From assembly GCF_006345805.1 (NCBI RefSeq), contig NC_043007.1:56358001-56422000 (forward strand): DNA of 64,000 nt. The letters are read 5' to 3'. Below are positions 14,429 to 27,623 of this stretch, in pieces; the first letter of the stretch is position 1, and each line of letters opens with the position of its first letter. The stretch is from Octopus sinensis (taxonomy: Eukaryota). Below the pieces are notes generated by a model that saw nothing but the letters and a program-made list of their open reading frames with translations, ran no database searches and had not been told where the DNA came from. Position numbers and translations under genes: made by a program.

Positions 14429-14509
14429 GGCTCTGATGAAGGTATTAGGTGTCATGCAGGCACTCAACCAAGAGTCCATTGCTTCCTATAGCAGAAACAA
14501 TTGTAAGCT
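14429..14509 (+). ncRNA. Degenerate hammerhead-like motif
   Basis: GGCU-CUGAUGA...CA-GAAAC-AAUU-GUA-AGCU; palindromic ACAAUUGU; stem II imperfect. Confidence 0.45.
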
Positions 14510-14589
14510 AATGTAGTTCGTAACATAACCATTGTTTTCCCTATGTCATCTCTTTTTCCTTATTATCTCTCTATATTCATCTAACACTG

Positions 14590-14690
<101 letters not shown>

Positions 14691-15170
14691 TAAGGTATAC
14701 TGAATGTAAAAACAAACGGGAGACAAACAGAAAGTCCCTAATTCTTCATCAGTTATCGACTAATGGTACTGTTCAGTTTCATACCTATAACGATAAGACT
14801 GAGTGCTTCCCAATTGGTGTAGAATTAGGGACAAGAGCAAACAAAACGAAACAAAGCAAGCAAAACGACGCAGAGTGTGATTTAGGACGGTGGACGAGGA
14901 CAAACAGTCGAACAAAATACGGTCTTGGGGAGACGAGAATAGTGGGTAACACTTCGAAAATCTTTTGAAGGGTGCAGAACGGAGAGACAAAATTTGGGAC
15001 TGGTTTGCTAAGGAACCAGTTTAAGAAAGGAAGAAAAAGAGGAAATGACTGCTACACACACACACACGCACACACACACACACGCACACACACACACCAC
15101 ACACACACACACACACCACACACCACACACACACCACACACACACCACACACACCACACACACACACCAC

Positions 15171-15201
<31 letters not shown>

Positions 15202-17232
15202 TATATATATATATATGAGTGTGTGTGTATGTGTGTGTGTTAGATTGTTATATCTCAACAGAAATGAGATCTCACAAAATCTCTCGTTTTGTAAAAATTT
15301 TGCCTAACCATTCAACATAGGCAAAAATAAGTTGAATTGATCTTCTGAAACTAATAGCTTTCGGTCGTGTTCAATAATCGCCTGATTTAGCAGATGTCGT
15401 TTTATTAACATTAAGATGACACTCATACATCAATTCAAACTTCTAAATCACTATGTTCGCATCAGTCATACTCCTGCAGTATAATAATGGCCACACCATT
15501 ACATTCTATATAATAGAAATAATAACATCATTTTCTTAACTTCTCTAACTTATATGATACAAGAGTTTTCTCTTTTTTATCTCACAAGTCTGAACAGTTC
15601 GTTCAGATTTCGCAACCATTTATCTATCAAGTCAATTGTTTATATTATAAAACTTCTCTTAGAATTTCCAGACATAACCCAGCCGAATTTTTGTTTGAAT
15701 AACATTTATGAATGAATGATGAATGTCTGCTAAATAAAGAAATAAGACCTTCTTTCTTTGATAATGGGTTTCTGTGTCTGTAAATCAAAGGGTTTGTTTA
15801 CAAATCCAGTGCCTGATACGATTCTATGCTGTCCACACCCTAATAAATGATGATCTTCAAAACCACTTTTGGTTATGAAGCCATATAAACTCAGCTGCCC
15901 TATATTTCTTAAGGCTGAGCTACTGGTTGAAACTAGTAACATCAGATAGGCGCTGTGTGTTCTCACAGATATCACTGACTGAAGACATTTATTTTCCGAA
16001 ATAAAAAAAATAAGCGTAAAAAGACATTTTGATAACAATGGCCATACGTAATAGAATGCACGAGAATCAAATCGTTCTCAGCCTTATTTACATAGTAGAT
16101 AGGCTTATCATAGCTATACATTAATGAAGGATGTTTACAGGAGAAATAATTTGACCTACAGAATTTTGTTTTCTTCTCTGGCAAAGGATATAAACTTCAC
16201 CATTTGTGACTCGTTGAAGTGGGCACTTAGAGAAACTTGAAATACTCAGACATCAGTTGGTGGCATGAGACACCTAAGTGTTCTCACAAGAAGTATATTC
16301 ATCTCTGTCCATAGATTATTACTCTCAGTCAATAAAATACATCCTTCACTAAAAACAGCCTCCATGAAAGTCTCAGTAACTTTAAACATTTTGCATTGCG
16401 CCACCGTTTAAGAAGTTGCTGACACAGAATTCCATATTCTAAACGATTTGGCAATGAACTTACTTCATTTAAATGCAATAAATCATTCTTCAGTGTTTGT
16501 GAATTTCCGACGTAACGTACATGGTGGGTTGGTAGCGGGTGAAGAAAATAGATTTTATTTCATTGGTTGCTATTCATAAAAGTTGTCAGAACTCTTCTGT
16601 AAGACATCGCGATGTCAACCTGAAAGCCAAAGTCGAACGGAAAAATTCTCAACCCAGCTGGATATTTAATACGTTGTTTGCTTTCATACCACAGCTTAAC
16701 TGTAAACATTGAAGATAGTTATGTTGAACAGCGGTTCAAGTACTGTCCTGGGTGTATATTGAATCAATCATAAATCTCTAAGAAGACCACGTTTCTGAGT
16801 TCAAATCTCGTTAAAGTTGACGGTTTCAATTTTTAAATTTAATAGTCTTGACAAAATTGTAAACCGTTTTGTCTTAGCAGTTTAATTAAAATAATCTTTT
16901 ACGAGATATAATATCAAAATATTGTATACTAGCGGGACGCGTGAATATTTTTCGGAATTAATGGTAAACCTATTAAGTTATTTCTGAAAACTTTATCCAC
17001 AAAACCTGAAAGTGTAGCCTTTGTTGTGTCTGTATAGAAAGATAGTCATTAATCTGCTAGTCATTGAAAAGTGAAAGAAATTGGAATACGATGATTACTT
17101 ATCAGTTGATTTATTCAGTTATATATAAAAATAATGAGGGAGATAAATTAATATTAATTTTAATATCAATTTAAAACCAGTAGTCCAGCATACAAAAAAT
17201 CTGAGAAGTCAGAGAAAATTCTAATATATGTG

Positions 17233-17433
17233 TATATTGGCAGGGCAAGACTGCTAGGTAGTTGGCCGTATGCTAGAAATAGATCATCAACGATCAAAAC
17301 TACAAAGAAAGTTCTCTAGAGGAAAAATTCAGCGAACACCAGAACCAAATTTGGCGAGCAGGACAGATGAAAATTTATGATCGTTGATGATCTATTTCTA
17401 GCATACGGCCGACTACCTAGCAGTCTTGCCCTG

Positions 17434-17441
<8 letters not shown>
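17233..17441. repeat. 64-bp inverted repeat (one mismatch), 81-bp spacer
   Basis: 17233-17296 versus 17378-17441. Confidence 0.9.
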
Positions 17442-17468
<27 letters not shown>

Positions 17469-20400
17469 TTTATATATTTTATGCACAATTTTATAGGCTT
17501 AATATCCAACATTCATAAATTAAGTATTCACTCTTAATTTTCATTTCCCCACAAAACAAACAAAAAAATATCCCGTACATATGATACAACCTTTAGTTAA
17601 ATTGCATATATCTGCCACGTAAATAACGTGAATATTTCACAGAATTGCACTTATGCGCATGCGTTAAGTGGTTGGTGATATAAAAACTTAGTTCAATAAA
17701 AAAATATACTTTTCACAATCCAATCACCACCAAAACCACAACCACCTTCATCTTTACCCCCACCACCATCATCATCATCATCATCATCATCCTCATTATC
17801 ATCATCATCATCATCATCTCTCTCCCCCCTCTCTCTCTGCCTTTCTTTAACTTCACCATCAGAACATCACTCTAAAATTATATTTTTAACTCCCTTCCTC
17901 TATATTATCACTACCTTCAACTAATAAATATTACGTTCCCCCTACCCACGTCATGGTCGCTTCTCTCTCCGTCTTTTTCTTTCTCTCCCTTTCTGTCTCT
18001 CTCTTCGCCTTATCCTCTTACTTCTCACTTTGTTTTTCCTTCTCTCTTTCCCTTCAACTAATCACGTGAAAGCGTTACAATTACATTCCCTCTACCTCAC
18101 GTCATGGATGCTTCTCTTTCCGTTTTCACTCTCCCTATCTTCTTTCTCCCTCTTTTTCTCTAACCACGTGGAAGTGTTACCGACGGGCTAAGTAGCGGAA
18201 TGACAAGCATAATTATTATAAAATGAGCTGTATCTCTGCATGTTATTACTTGTTGTTCAACAGATTTGAAGAGAGAGTAAAGTGCCGTACAACATGTTTG
18301 TAATGTTTTTACTTTCAGTATTAGTAGGAAAGAAAAACAACGGAAGAAACTTATCAAAAAGATATTTGCAAGTTTGTGATCGTAAACATATTGATACCAT
18401 ACTGTATATCTACAATGTAACAAAATTCATAAAAAATACTGTTATATCTCAAAACTAACACAATGCAATAATGAATCTCATGTTTCTCACATTTAAAATT
18501 TAAAAAGAAATCATTAGTAATAATCGTAACAAGAAGAACCGAAATGCAACAATGGAATTGCTTGAGAAATCATTAGTACCTCTACGAAGTTACAGAGTTT
18601 CCGTAGAGCAAGACTGATGCAAATCATGGTACAACGATCACAAAGACCGGATCTATGACATGGCTTTCGATTTCTAGCAGCATTGATTTTACTTTCTTTA
18701 TGTTCTTGTGGAGTTTATAAATGTAACAACATTCAATTTCCTCTCACTAAAAAGACAATATTTCTACCAAGTAATTTGCAACCATCTAAGAGTTTACTGT
18801 ACCCATCTATTGGGCAAACGAAAAAACAAAACATGGGTGAAAGGATTTCCAAAGGTTGACTTGTTGCGAGGAACGATTGGTTCGATTGGTTAGAGTGACT
18901 TTAGTTGAGTGAGATACATTATGAATGACACGATGGAGCTGAACATACCAAGTTGCCGCTAGAGAAGGTGTTATAGCATGTGGCATCCCAGATCAGGAGT
19001 CTATCGCCTCAGAGCAGGGAAATCGTCATATCGTCAGGCCTTTCACCGTCCCCTCTGTCTAGCCCCGCTGGATCGAGCTGGGAAAGGAAGCCTATTGTGC
19101 CTAGGCCATTGCTTTATGATTTCTTTAAGGGAAGGAAGGCGTAGAAGGCGGCCAGCACTATAATGGCATGAAAATGGGTGGAGGCCGAAAGACTTCTCAG
19201 TGGATTCGTAATGGCATTCCATTGTAGCAGCGATAAAATAAACAGAGAGACATTTCCTCAAATTGCAATGCTGAGTTTAGAGATTCCCTTTTCTACGTTA
19301 CTTCCAATAAATTGTTGCCGTTTATAGTGGGACAATTTGAGTCTCATCCGTTTAGAACACAGAATTTAGTGCCAAACCAGTGCACATGAACTGTTCGATT
19401 GTAGGTGGTACTGGTCCCAAAATGTTGAATTTAAAACTGAACCTTGATCAAGATGTGCAAGCAAGAAAGCTTCAGTGATGGTGGTGGTGGTGGTGGTGGT
19501 GGTTGAGGTGGTGGTGATGGCGATGGTAGTGTTTATTGTTAAGTATTGTTACTGTTTAGCACCAGGTTAGCACTGAGTAATCAAAGACTGTCTGGCGGTG
19601 ACCTTTCCGTCTTTTTAGATTATGGTATGCAAATAGCTGGTTCAATGACATAAACAATTAAATGAGTCGCTATATTATCCAATGTGTCTTTTCTTTTATA
19701 AACTACAAGGTTTGGTTTGAAGGAGATTTTGCTTTTATCGTTATTACACTGAGCAATTAGGCAAAGGTGCGTTAGATGGAGATCATGAATTAATGGAGAT
19801 AGAAGCAGTGTTATTGGTAAGCATTTTCGATGTTGTTTATGCCAGGTCAACTTTAGCAATGCGTACCTACTGTCACAATTGATCTAGCCATGACCATCAC
19901 GTCTTGACTATTACTCTATCCAATGAGAGACCTTCAATCTTTATTTAAGGCTGCATGTTGTAATTTGACAAAAATTTGGTTTTTATTCGTGTTGGTTTGG
20001 GCTACCTCATGGAAGTATCCTCTTTCTGCAATGTTACTTAGTTCCAGATCAGAAACGACCTATGGTTAAAGACATTCCAGCCGTGACAATCCTTAATTTA
20101 AATAATATATCTATGATCATATTATACCATTTTCTACATTTTTAATAACCGTACGATTGATGGAAATTTGGCTGGCAGTTCTAGTTAGTCCAGCCACCAC
20201 ATCGTGGCAATCTCATTAAGTCTTTGTTATTGTTGTAGTTGTTTGCTCGCACTAATCAGGCGTATAATAAGCTATGATAAAATTCATTCTCGCCATGACC
20301 ATCGTGATAACTTAATAGTTGTATGTAGGATTATATTATCTAATTTAGCCGACCAAAGTTTTAAGCTGGCACGTTTTAATTTGAAAGGTATTTGGTTGCT

Positions 20401-21010
20401 ATTTCTAATAGATTTGTTGGTGGTAATGATTACGCACTTGATAGTGATTGGTTGATAGTAGTGACAGATGTGGCGGGTATTATGATTAGTACTTGCTATG
20501 TAGGAGTGGTGTGCATAGTAATTATAGCTAATAAGGCTAATAGGGTGGTGGTGGTTCGTCGTCGTAGTCCTAATGTCAGTACCAGAGGGGATTTGTTGCT
20601 GTTAATCAGTGACGTAAAGAATATAATGATAATGAAATGACAAGTAGAGATACTGATGGTACAAGAGTGTTATATGATAGTAATGGTGATAGTGGGTTGT
20701 TAGGTGGTTCGTGTCAGTGGTACGGATGTAGCACGAGAGGGCTCTGTGTTAGCGGTTGCGTTATTAGTAGTGCTATGCGGTAGGGATGATGATACTGGAG
20801 TGTTAGATGGTTGAGATAGGGGTATTAGAGCGTTAAGTATTAATACTTGACTGCAGTGCGTCTGGTAGGGGTACTGAAGTGACAAGTGTTGCTGTTGGAG
20901 TGTAAAGTGTGTGATGTAGTGGTACTGGAGTTTTATGTATTGTTACTGGAGTGTAGAGTGTATATAGTAGTATTGTATGAATTTAGGGTGTCGATATTTT
21001 TTATCTGTTA

Positions 21011-21410
21011 TCTTTTACTTGTTTCAGTCATTAAACTGTAGCCATGCTGGAGCATCGTCCCGAGGAATTTGGGGAACTAAGCGACTCCAGTACTTATTTT
21101 CTTTTCTTTAAGCCTGGTGTTTATTGTATCGGTCTCTTTTTGCCGAATCGCTAAGTTACGGGGATTCAAACAAACCAACACCGGTTGTCAATCGGTGATG
21201 GGGTAAAAACAAAAAAAGATACACACACATAGATATATACACATACATACGACAGGCTTCTATAAGTTACCGTCCACCAAATTCACTCAAAGCTTTGGTC
21301 AGCCCGAGACTATCGTAGAAGACACTTGCCCATGGGGTCACGCAATGGGACTGAATCCAGGACCATGTGGTTGGGAAGCAAACTTCTTACCACACAGCTA
21401 CGTCTGCGCT
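21011..21410 (-). mobile_element. SINE family 1, full copy
   Basis: Reverse-complement match over the whole length. Confidence 0.85.
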
Positions 21411-22003
21411 TGCATGAGTGTTTTAGTTGCATGTACTACTGATTATTGGTAGTGCTAGTACAAGCATCGGAGCACTATGTGGTGGTGATTGGGGTGATGG
21501 AGGTCATAGTACTGCAGTAGTGATGGTGCCTTGGTAGTAATGTTGGTGATAGATCGGTAAATAGGGAACTGGGCAGATTAGAAGGTTAGGCAGTGGCCGT
21601 GGTGTGTATCTTCGTTAAAAGAAAAACAAAATTAAACAGCTGAGAAGTTATTATCTCCCATGTGATGAGCGACTTAAGTAAACAGTAGAAGGTTTCAAGA
21701 GATAAGGGAAATTAGGTGTCTGGGAGATGAGTGAAGAGGGATGGATGTGGATGCCGGTGGCTGAAGGCGGCAGGAGGAGGTTGAAGGTGGCTGAAGGAGG
21801 TTGAAGGTAGATAGAAAGTGGGAGATTGATGTGGCTGTGGTGCAAGGGTAGGAGAGGAGATGGACGACGAACCATCTCGACCTAGACCAGTAGTCTTCAT
21901 CTGTATAGTGTAAAAGAGCTGCCAAACGATGTCGCTTGTCAACACAATGATATCAGCCAAGGAAGATATCTTTATAATACACGGGTAAACACTCGCGCTC
22001 GCG

Positions 22004-22044
<41 letters not shown>

Positions 22045-22319
22045 ATACACACGATACACGCATTTATCTGTCTGTTTCTTTGTCTCTCACTCTCTCTTTC
22101 TACCTATATATATATATATGCACATATAGAGGCGTATTTATATGTATGTGTGTATATCTAACTGTATATAGATACATATCATGTGTGTATGCATATACAT
22201 ACACACACGTTAAATTTATCCTTGGTCAATCATAAAAGCACCTTTATACTAATTTTTGAAAATATGTCTATATGTTTACATACATACATGCATTCATTCA
22301 TTCATTTATATATATGTAT

Positions 22320-22363
<44 letters not shown>

Positions 22364-22445
22364 TGTGTGAGTGTGCGTGTCTGTGTGTGCGTCTGTATAC
22401 GTTCGAATCATCTTGACTAAATATATATATATATATGTACGTATG

Positions 22446-22491
<46 letters not shown>

Positions 22492-22580
22492 TGTATGTAT
22501 GTATGTATGTATGTATGTATGTATAGGCATATGAATATATACATATACATATTGGTACATCTATATATGTATATGTGTGC

Positions 22581-22629
<49 letters not shown>

Positions 22630-23179
22630 CATGTACATCGACAAATGCACCGATAGACACAAATGCACAAATAGACACTCCCTTGAACTTCACCTTAAGC
22701 ACTTAACTTAGTCGGCGCATCTAATCCTTCCCAAGGGTAAAAACTGGACAATCCTTTCTAATGACGTTATAAAATTAAACACCAACCGTATCACTGCTGG
22801 ATGTCCTTACCAGGGTAATGGAAGTTGTCCTTTCTTCCATTAAAATAAAAATTGTTAGATTATAAATTTGTCAGGTTTACGTAAACTATTTAGTCCCTAG
22901 TTATTTTTCCTATCTCATTTTTCATTTATCATTTCCCTTCGTTGTTCTTTTGTAAGATTGTTTGCGTGGAGACATGTAAAAGTAATAACAAAATTAACAT
23001 TATAATTAGCAGTTGCTATAATGTGATATGTTCGTTTATTACTGCCAGACACATAATCTGAATATAACTTTGCTTAATTTAAAAATATGATTTCTAACAA
23101 TGAGAGCAATCAGATGAAATTGACTCCAATATTTCTTATTTTATCAGAGTAACATGTGTTTCTGTGTGTTTGCATGTGA

Positions 23180-23232
<53 letters not shown>

Positions 23233-23437
23233 AATATATATATATAATTTATCATCAGTGGTCCGCATGTCTAATTAAAGTCATAAGACGTAAAATATTT
23301 ATTTATCAGAATGTATAAATACACGAAGATAAGACCATCGATAGGACTTCTTACATGCCACAACGGCAGTCGCAACCCAAACCACGAAAAGGATTCCTAA
23401 GGCACGTTGCATGTGGTTACTAGTGCCCTCATTCCCA

Positions 23438-23594
23438 CATGGAGGCTGTACGGTAAGTAGCTTCCTCACCAACCACATGGTTCCTGGTTCAGTCCTACTG
23501 CGTGGCACCTTCGGCAAGTGCCTTCTACTATAGCCTCGGGCCGACCAAACCTTGTGAGTGGATCTAGTAGACGGAAATTGAAAGAAGCCCGTCG

Positions 23595-23600
<6 letters not shown>
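23438..23600 (+). mobile_element. SINE family 1, head only
   Basis: tRNA-like head through GAAAGAAGCCCGTCGTATA, then microsatellite. Confidence 0.8.
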
Positions 23601-23643
<43 letters not shown>

Positions 23644-24084
23644 TGTATGTGTGTGTTTTCGTAGGGTTGTGTTTGTGTGTCTGTGTTTGTACCTCCAACA
23701 TATTTGTTTTCTTGTAATTTACCATGCATTTACTTCGCATTCTTTTGACATTCTTTTATACAATATATTCTACACAATGTTTCATAATAATTATTCCATT
23801 ATAATATATATATATATTATTTATATTATTATTTGATTGAATGCCTCGCATCCTTTTCAAAGTAAGTTTATCTTAATCTTTCTGATGCGACTCTGCTCTA
23901 TACTGTATTTTCTCACCCATGATTTTCTCTCTCATCCTTTCTTTAATTCCCTTTTTTGTCCCTTTCACCGTTTTCTATATGTCTCTCTCTTCCCCTCTTT
24001 CTCCCGTTCTTTCTCTTGTTGCTCACACGTGGCCATCGTCCATCTTTCTTTTCCTCACGTAATCATCAGAATAACTCAAACACT

Positions 24085-24385
24085 GCTTATTTTGTTTTCT
24101 AAGCCTGTTACTTATTCTATCGATCTCTTTTGCAGAGCTGATAGCATCGGGAACGTAAACACACCAACACCGGTTGTCAAGCGGTAGTGAGGGACAAACA
24201 GAAACACAAACAAACACACACACACACATATATATATGCATACACAGACAGACAGTCAGACACACACACACTCACAAGGCTTTGGACGGCCAAAGTCTAT
24301 AGTAGAAGGCATTTGCTTAAGGTACCACGCGGTAAGACTGAATCCGGAATCCTTTGTTTGAGAAGCAAGTTTCTTACCACAGGTA
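24085..24385 (-). mobile_element. SINE family 1, diverged (a further head fragment lies at 24660-24762)
   Basis: Reverse-complement match to the family 1 head and body. Confidence 0.75.
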
Positions 24386-24794
24386 AATTGTAGAGGCGGG
24401 TACCGAGTTCAGGCTAATCGCATCGAGTAGTAAAGAGCACTTAAGCATACTTAAGATAAGCAATCCCATTGTAATGCATCTGATGGATAAATCCTGAGTT
24501 TATCCATCAGATGAATAAATCGCCTCTCTGCATTATGAATATGGAGATTAGTACATCTGCATTTGTTTTCCTATTTTTACATTAATTACACAGCATATTT
24601 GGTTTAAATAGCCAAATACTATTATACAATGTATAATTGACGGTATATAATTGCATACACTAGGCTTTGGTCGGCCCGAGGCTATAGTAGAAGACACTTA
24701 CCCAAGGTGCCACGCAGTGGGACTGAACCTGGAACTATGTGGTTGGGAAGCAAGCTACTTACGATATGACTGTTCAATGTTACTACCGCTTTAA

Positions 24795-24963
24795 CCCCAG
24801 GCAGATCTGTCAGCTGGTTATAGGAGCAGCCTACACCATACCCTACTCCAGCAGACGCGATGCCGTCGTCTAGTGGAGAATGGTAGGGGTTTGCTCCCCT
24901 GATTGCAATATATATAGGGTGCAGGCTGTACCTATAACCAGCTATCGGAAGATCTACCTGGGG
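24795..24963. mobile_element. 169-bp piggyBac-like MITE
   Basis: TTAA (24791-94)-CCCCAGGCAGATCT ... AGATCTACCTGGGG-TTAA (24964-67), with imperfect inverted ends of about 45 bp. TTAA TSD plus CCC..GGG termini is the piggyBac signature. Confidence 0.75.
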
Positions 24964-25182
24964 TTAAACTAATAGTAACATCGAACAGCCATATTTAAGG
25001 GCGACTAATTTTACTTGTTGATATAGTTACTACACTCTTATTAAGATTTTCCAACTGTCTATATATATGGTATGTGTGTGTGTATACATACATATATATT
25101 ACATATATATGAATATATCAATATATATAAATAACACAAACACACACACACTCACACACACACACACACACACACAACACAC

Positions 25183-25236
<54 letters not shown>

Positions 25237-25252
25237 TAGATAGGTAGATAGT

Positions 25253-25295
<43 letters not shown>

Positions 25296-25315
25296 TAGAT
25301 AGATAGATAGATAGG

Positions 25316-25372
<57 letters not shown>

Positions 25373-25486
25373 TCAGATGAATATGGTACTTAAGTTGAGG
25401 CACCAGAATTTTGTACGGTATTATCCATACAATTTCAACGTAAGGTGAGTAAACTCAAAATAAGCAACAAGGATATCCAGAGGTAA

Positions 25487-25571
25487 TGCAATACGATCGT
25501 TTCATGCAACTCCATTAAATTTAACAATGCAATCATTACATCAATTTAAACGTAGAGCAATCCTCAGTGCA
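25487..25571 (-). ncRNA. Degenerate hammerhead-like motif
   Basis: UGCA-CUGAGGA-UUGC...GCAU-GAAAC-GAUC-GUA-UUGCA; palindromic ACGAUCGU; stem I offset by one nucleotide. Confidence 0.45.
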
Positions 25572-26224
25572 CATGGACATAGATTTTCATTAAATTAAAA
25601 CAGAGGGGCACATTAGTATAATAATGTGTCCACTTAAATGTGTCCTTTCAATTCAAGCGCCTCCAGTTCCCAGTGTGATTATGCTTCGTAAGGACAATCA
25701 ACAAAGCCCCAGGTCAAACTTTAAAAATTGTAGGCCTCAATTTAAAACAACTCTGCTTTTCTCGTGGACAACTATATATCGTATGCTCCTGAGTTAACAG
25801 TGCAGATAACTTGTATATTTATTGTATCAATACTAGGCTTACGTAAAACATAGTTTACCCGGAAGCATTGTCGATTTCACTTAACATATGTTGAAGTGTG
25901 CAGATGGCCAAACAATAGAGATGTTGATTTTCGCAATGAAGCAGCTTTCTTTCCATGTATCTTATTTTCTGCAATGCGGATACCTCTATGTCTTCATACG
26001 TCATCCAATTCTTTAAATCCGTAAGTCTAGGTAATTCTGGAGGAATATTAGAATTTCCTTCTAATCTAAGCTGCCATTCTACATGGTTTTGGTGTCAACA
26101 ATTTCAGCATTGTACATCACAAAATAACTGAAAAACATATTTATAAAGAAGTGTTGTTTCCTTCACACTCCTCGTACGCTGAATCTGCCAATAAGAAAGA
26201 AACAAATAATACAATGTGGTTGTA

Positions 26225-26700
26225 GCTCATAATACACGGACAACGACGGATGCATTGCTCAAACGACCTTAACATTAGCTTCAAGGTTCATCCAAGACTG
26301 GGACCACGGGCCATACATCCCCTGCCCAATTCAAGATCACAACATACATGTACACTGCAACATAATTTCTTTTCCTCAACAGGCCCTGCCCTATATAACA
26401 TTGTCCCGAGGGAGATCAAAGAGGAAAAGGATCCCATCAACCTAAACGGAGTCTGGATAGATTCCTTCAAAGAATACCAGATAAGCCACCCATAATTGGA
26501 TACAACTCACCCAACAAGAACTCACTACTTGAACAAAACTTGATACAACTCACCCAACAAGAACTCACTACATGAACAAAACTTGACTTAAACAAAACTT
26601 GACTTAAACAGGATTCGGATAATCCTATCAGGTGGTGCTATTAAGTTAGACATGGCCTGGACCAATCTTTGGTCGAAACATATCTAAGTTATCTAAGTTA
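26225..26700 (+). mobile_element. APE-type LINE (CR1/L2/Jockey-group-like) 3' fragment
   Basis: GPALYNIVPREIKEEKDP, then after a frameshift SLDRFLQRIPDKPPIIGY..NKNSL. Terminal hairpin GACCA-atctt-TGGTC and (TAAGTTATC)2 tail. Internal 43-bp tandem duplication at 26499-26584. Confidence 0.55.
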
Positions 26701-26701
26701 T

Positions 26702-26732
<31 letters not shown>

Positions 26733-26733
<1 letters not shown>

Positions 26734-27180
26734 ATGAGGGAGATAAATTGAATATTAATTTAATATCAACTTAAAACCAATAGCCTAGCATACAAAAATC
26801 TGAAAAATCAGAGAAAATTCTAATACATGTGTATATTTGAAGAGCAAACCACTATGTGGTCGGCCGTATGCTAGAAGTAGATCACCTGCGATCAAACTAC
26901 AAAGAGAGGAATGTTCTGTAGAGGAAAATTCAGCGGACACCAGAACGAAATGCGGACAAGACAGATGAAAATTAAATTTAAAAAAAAACAGAATTACTCA
27001 CAGACCGGTGGTTTCGCCTATTAACGAATGAATCATTTATGTAATCCATTGTCCATAGGCTCGTCAGTGTGGTCGTTCCATAGGTAATGCAATTTGTAAA
27101 GCTAACCACCAGTATTCTGCATAAAACCATGGTTTTAAATTGATATTGATTAAATTAACATTCAATTTATCTCCCTCATT
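26733..27180. mobile_element. About 450-bp element with 45-bp terminal inverted repeats carrying a hammerhead motif (Penelope-derived or MITE-like); partial copies at 17130-17375 and 27329-27540
   Basis: AATGAGGGAGATAAATTGAAT...ATTCAATTTATCTCCCTCATT; internal sequence shared with the 17.1-kb and 27.4-kb copies. Confidence 0.75.
26999..27071 (-). ncRNA. Type I hammerhead ribozyme motif (canonical core, GUC site)
   Basis: Minus strand: CACA-CUGACGA-GCCUAU...AUAGGC-GAAA-CCACCG-GUC-UGUG. Stem I 4 bp, stem II 6 bp perfect, short stem III. Activity not shown. Confidence 0.75.
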
Positions 27181-27389
27181 ATTTAAATGATAAAATAAAT
27201 ATGTTCTCTAATAGGCAGCATTAACTGCAGTAAATTATTTGCTGCGGTTTTTGTTTCCGGAATTTTAGCGCGCCAGAACTAAGACATTTGAAATTAACAC
27301 CAATGTAATTGGTGAAGCTAAGCACGTGTCTGTTTTTATGCGGAATACTGGTGGTTAGCTTTACAAATTGTATTACCTATGGAATGACA

Positions 27390-27461
27390 ACACTGACGAG
27401 CCTACGGACAATGGATTACATAAGTGATTCATTCGTTAATAGGTGAAACCGCCGGTCTGTG
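27390..27461 (+). ncRNA. Type I hammerhead ribozyme motif, inverted sister copy
   Basis: ACA-CUGACGA-GCCUA...UAGGU-GAAA-CCGCCG-GUC-UGU; stem III region ACCGCCGGU is self-complementary. Confidence 0.72.
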
Positions 27462-27563
27462 AGTAATTCTTTTTTTTATTTAATTTTCATCTGTCTTGCC
27501 CGCATTTCGTTCTGGTGTCCGCTTCAAATATACACATGTCTGGTGTCCGCTTCAAATATACAC

Positions 27564-27623
<60 letters not shown>

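Noticed and set aside
15730-16620. Non-repetitive stretch with 70-100 aa ORFs
   Set aside because: No recognisable motif or splice structure; it may be an old transposon or unique intronic DNA. A TBLASTX search would be needed.
18659-18859. Signal-peptide-like frame GFRFLAALILLSLCSCG...
   Set aside because: It has no in-frame ATG (stop directly upstream) and no acceptor, and such hydrophobic stretches arise by chance in T-rich DNA.
19085-19230. Possible mariner N-terminal remnant (LYDFFKGRKA.KAAST..ERTSQW)
   Set aside because: The match is too short, needs a frameshift, and has no TIR or downstream motifs.
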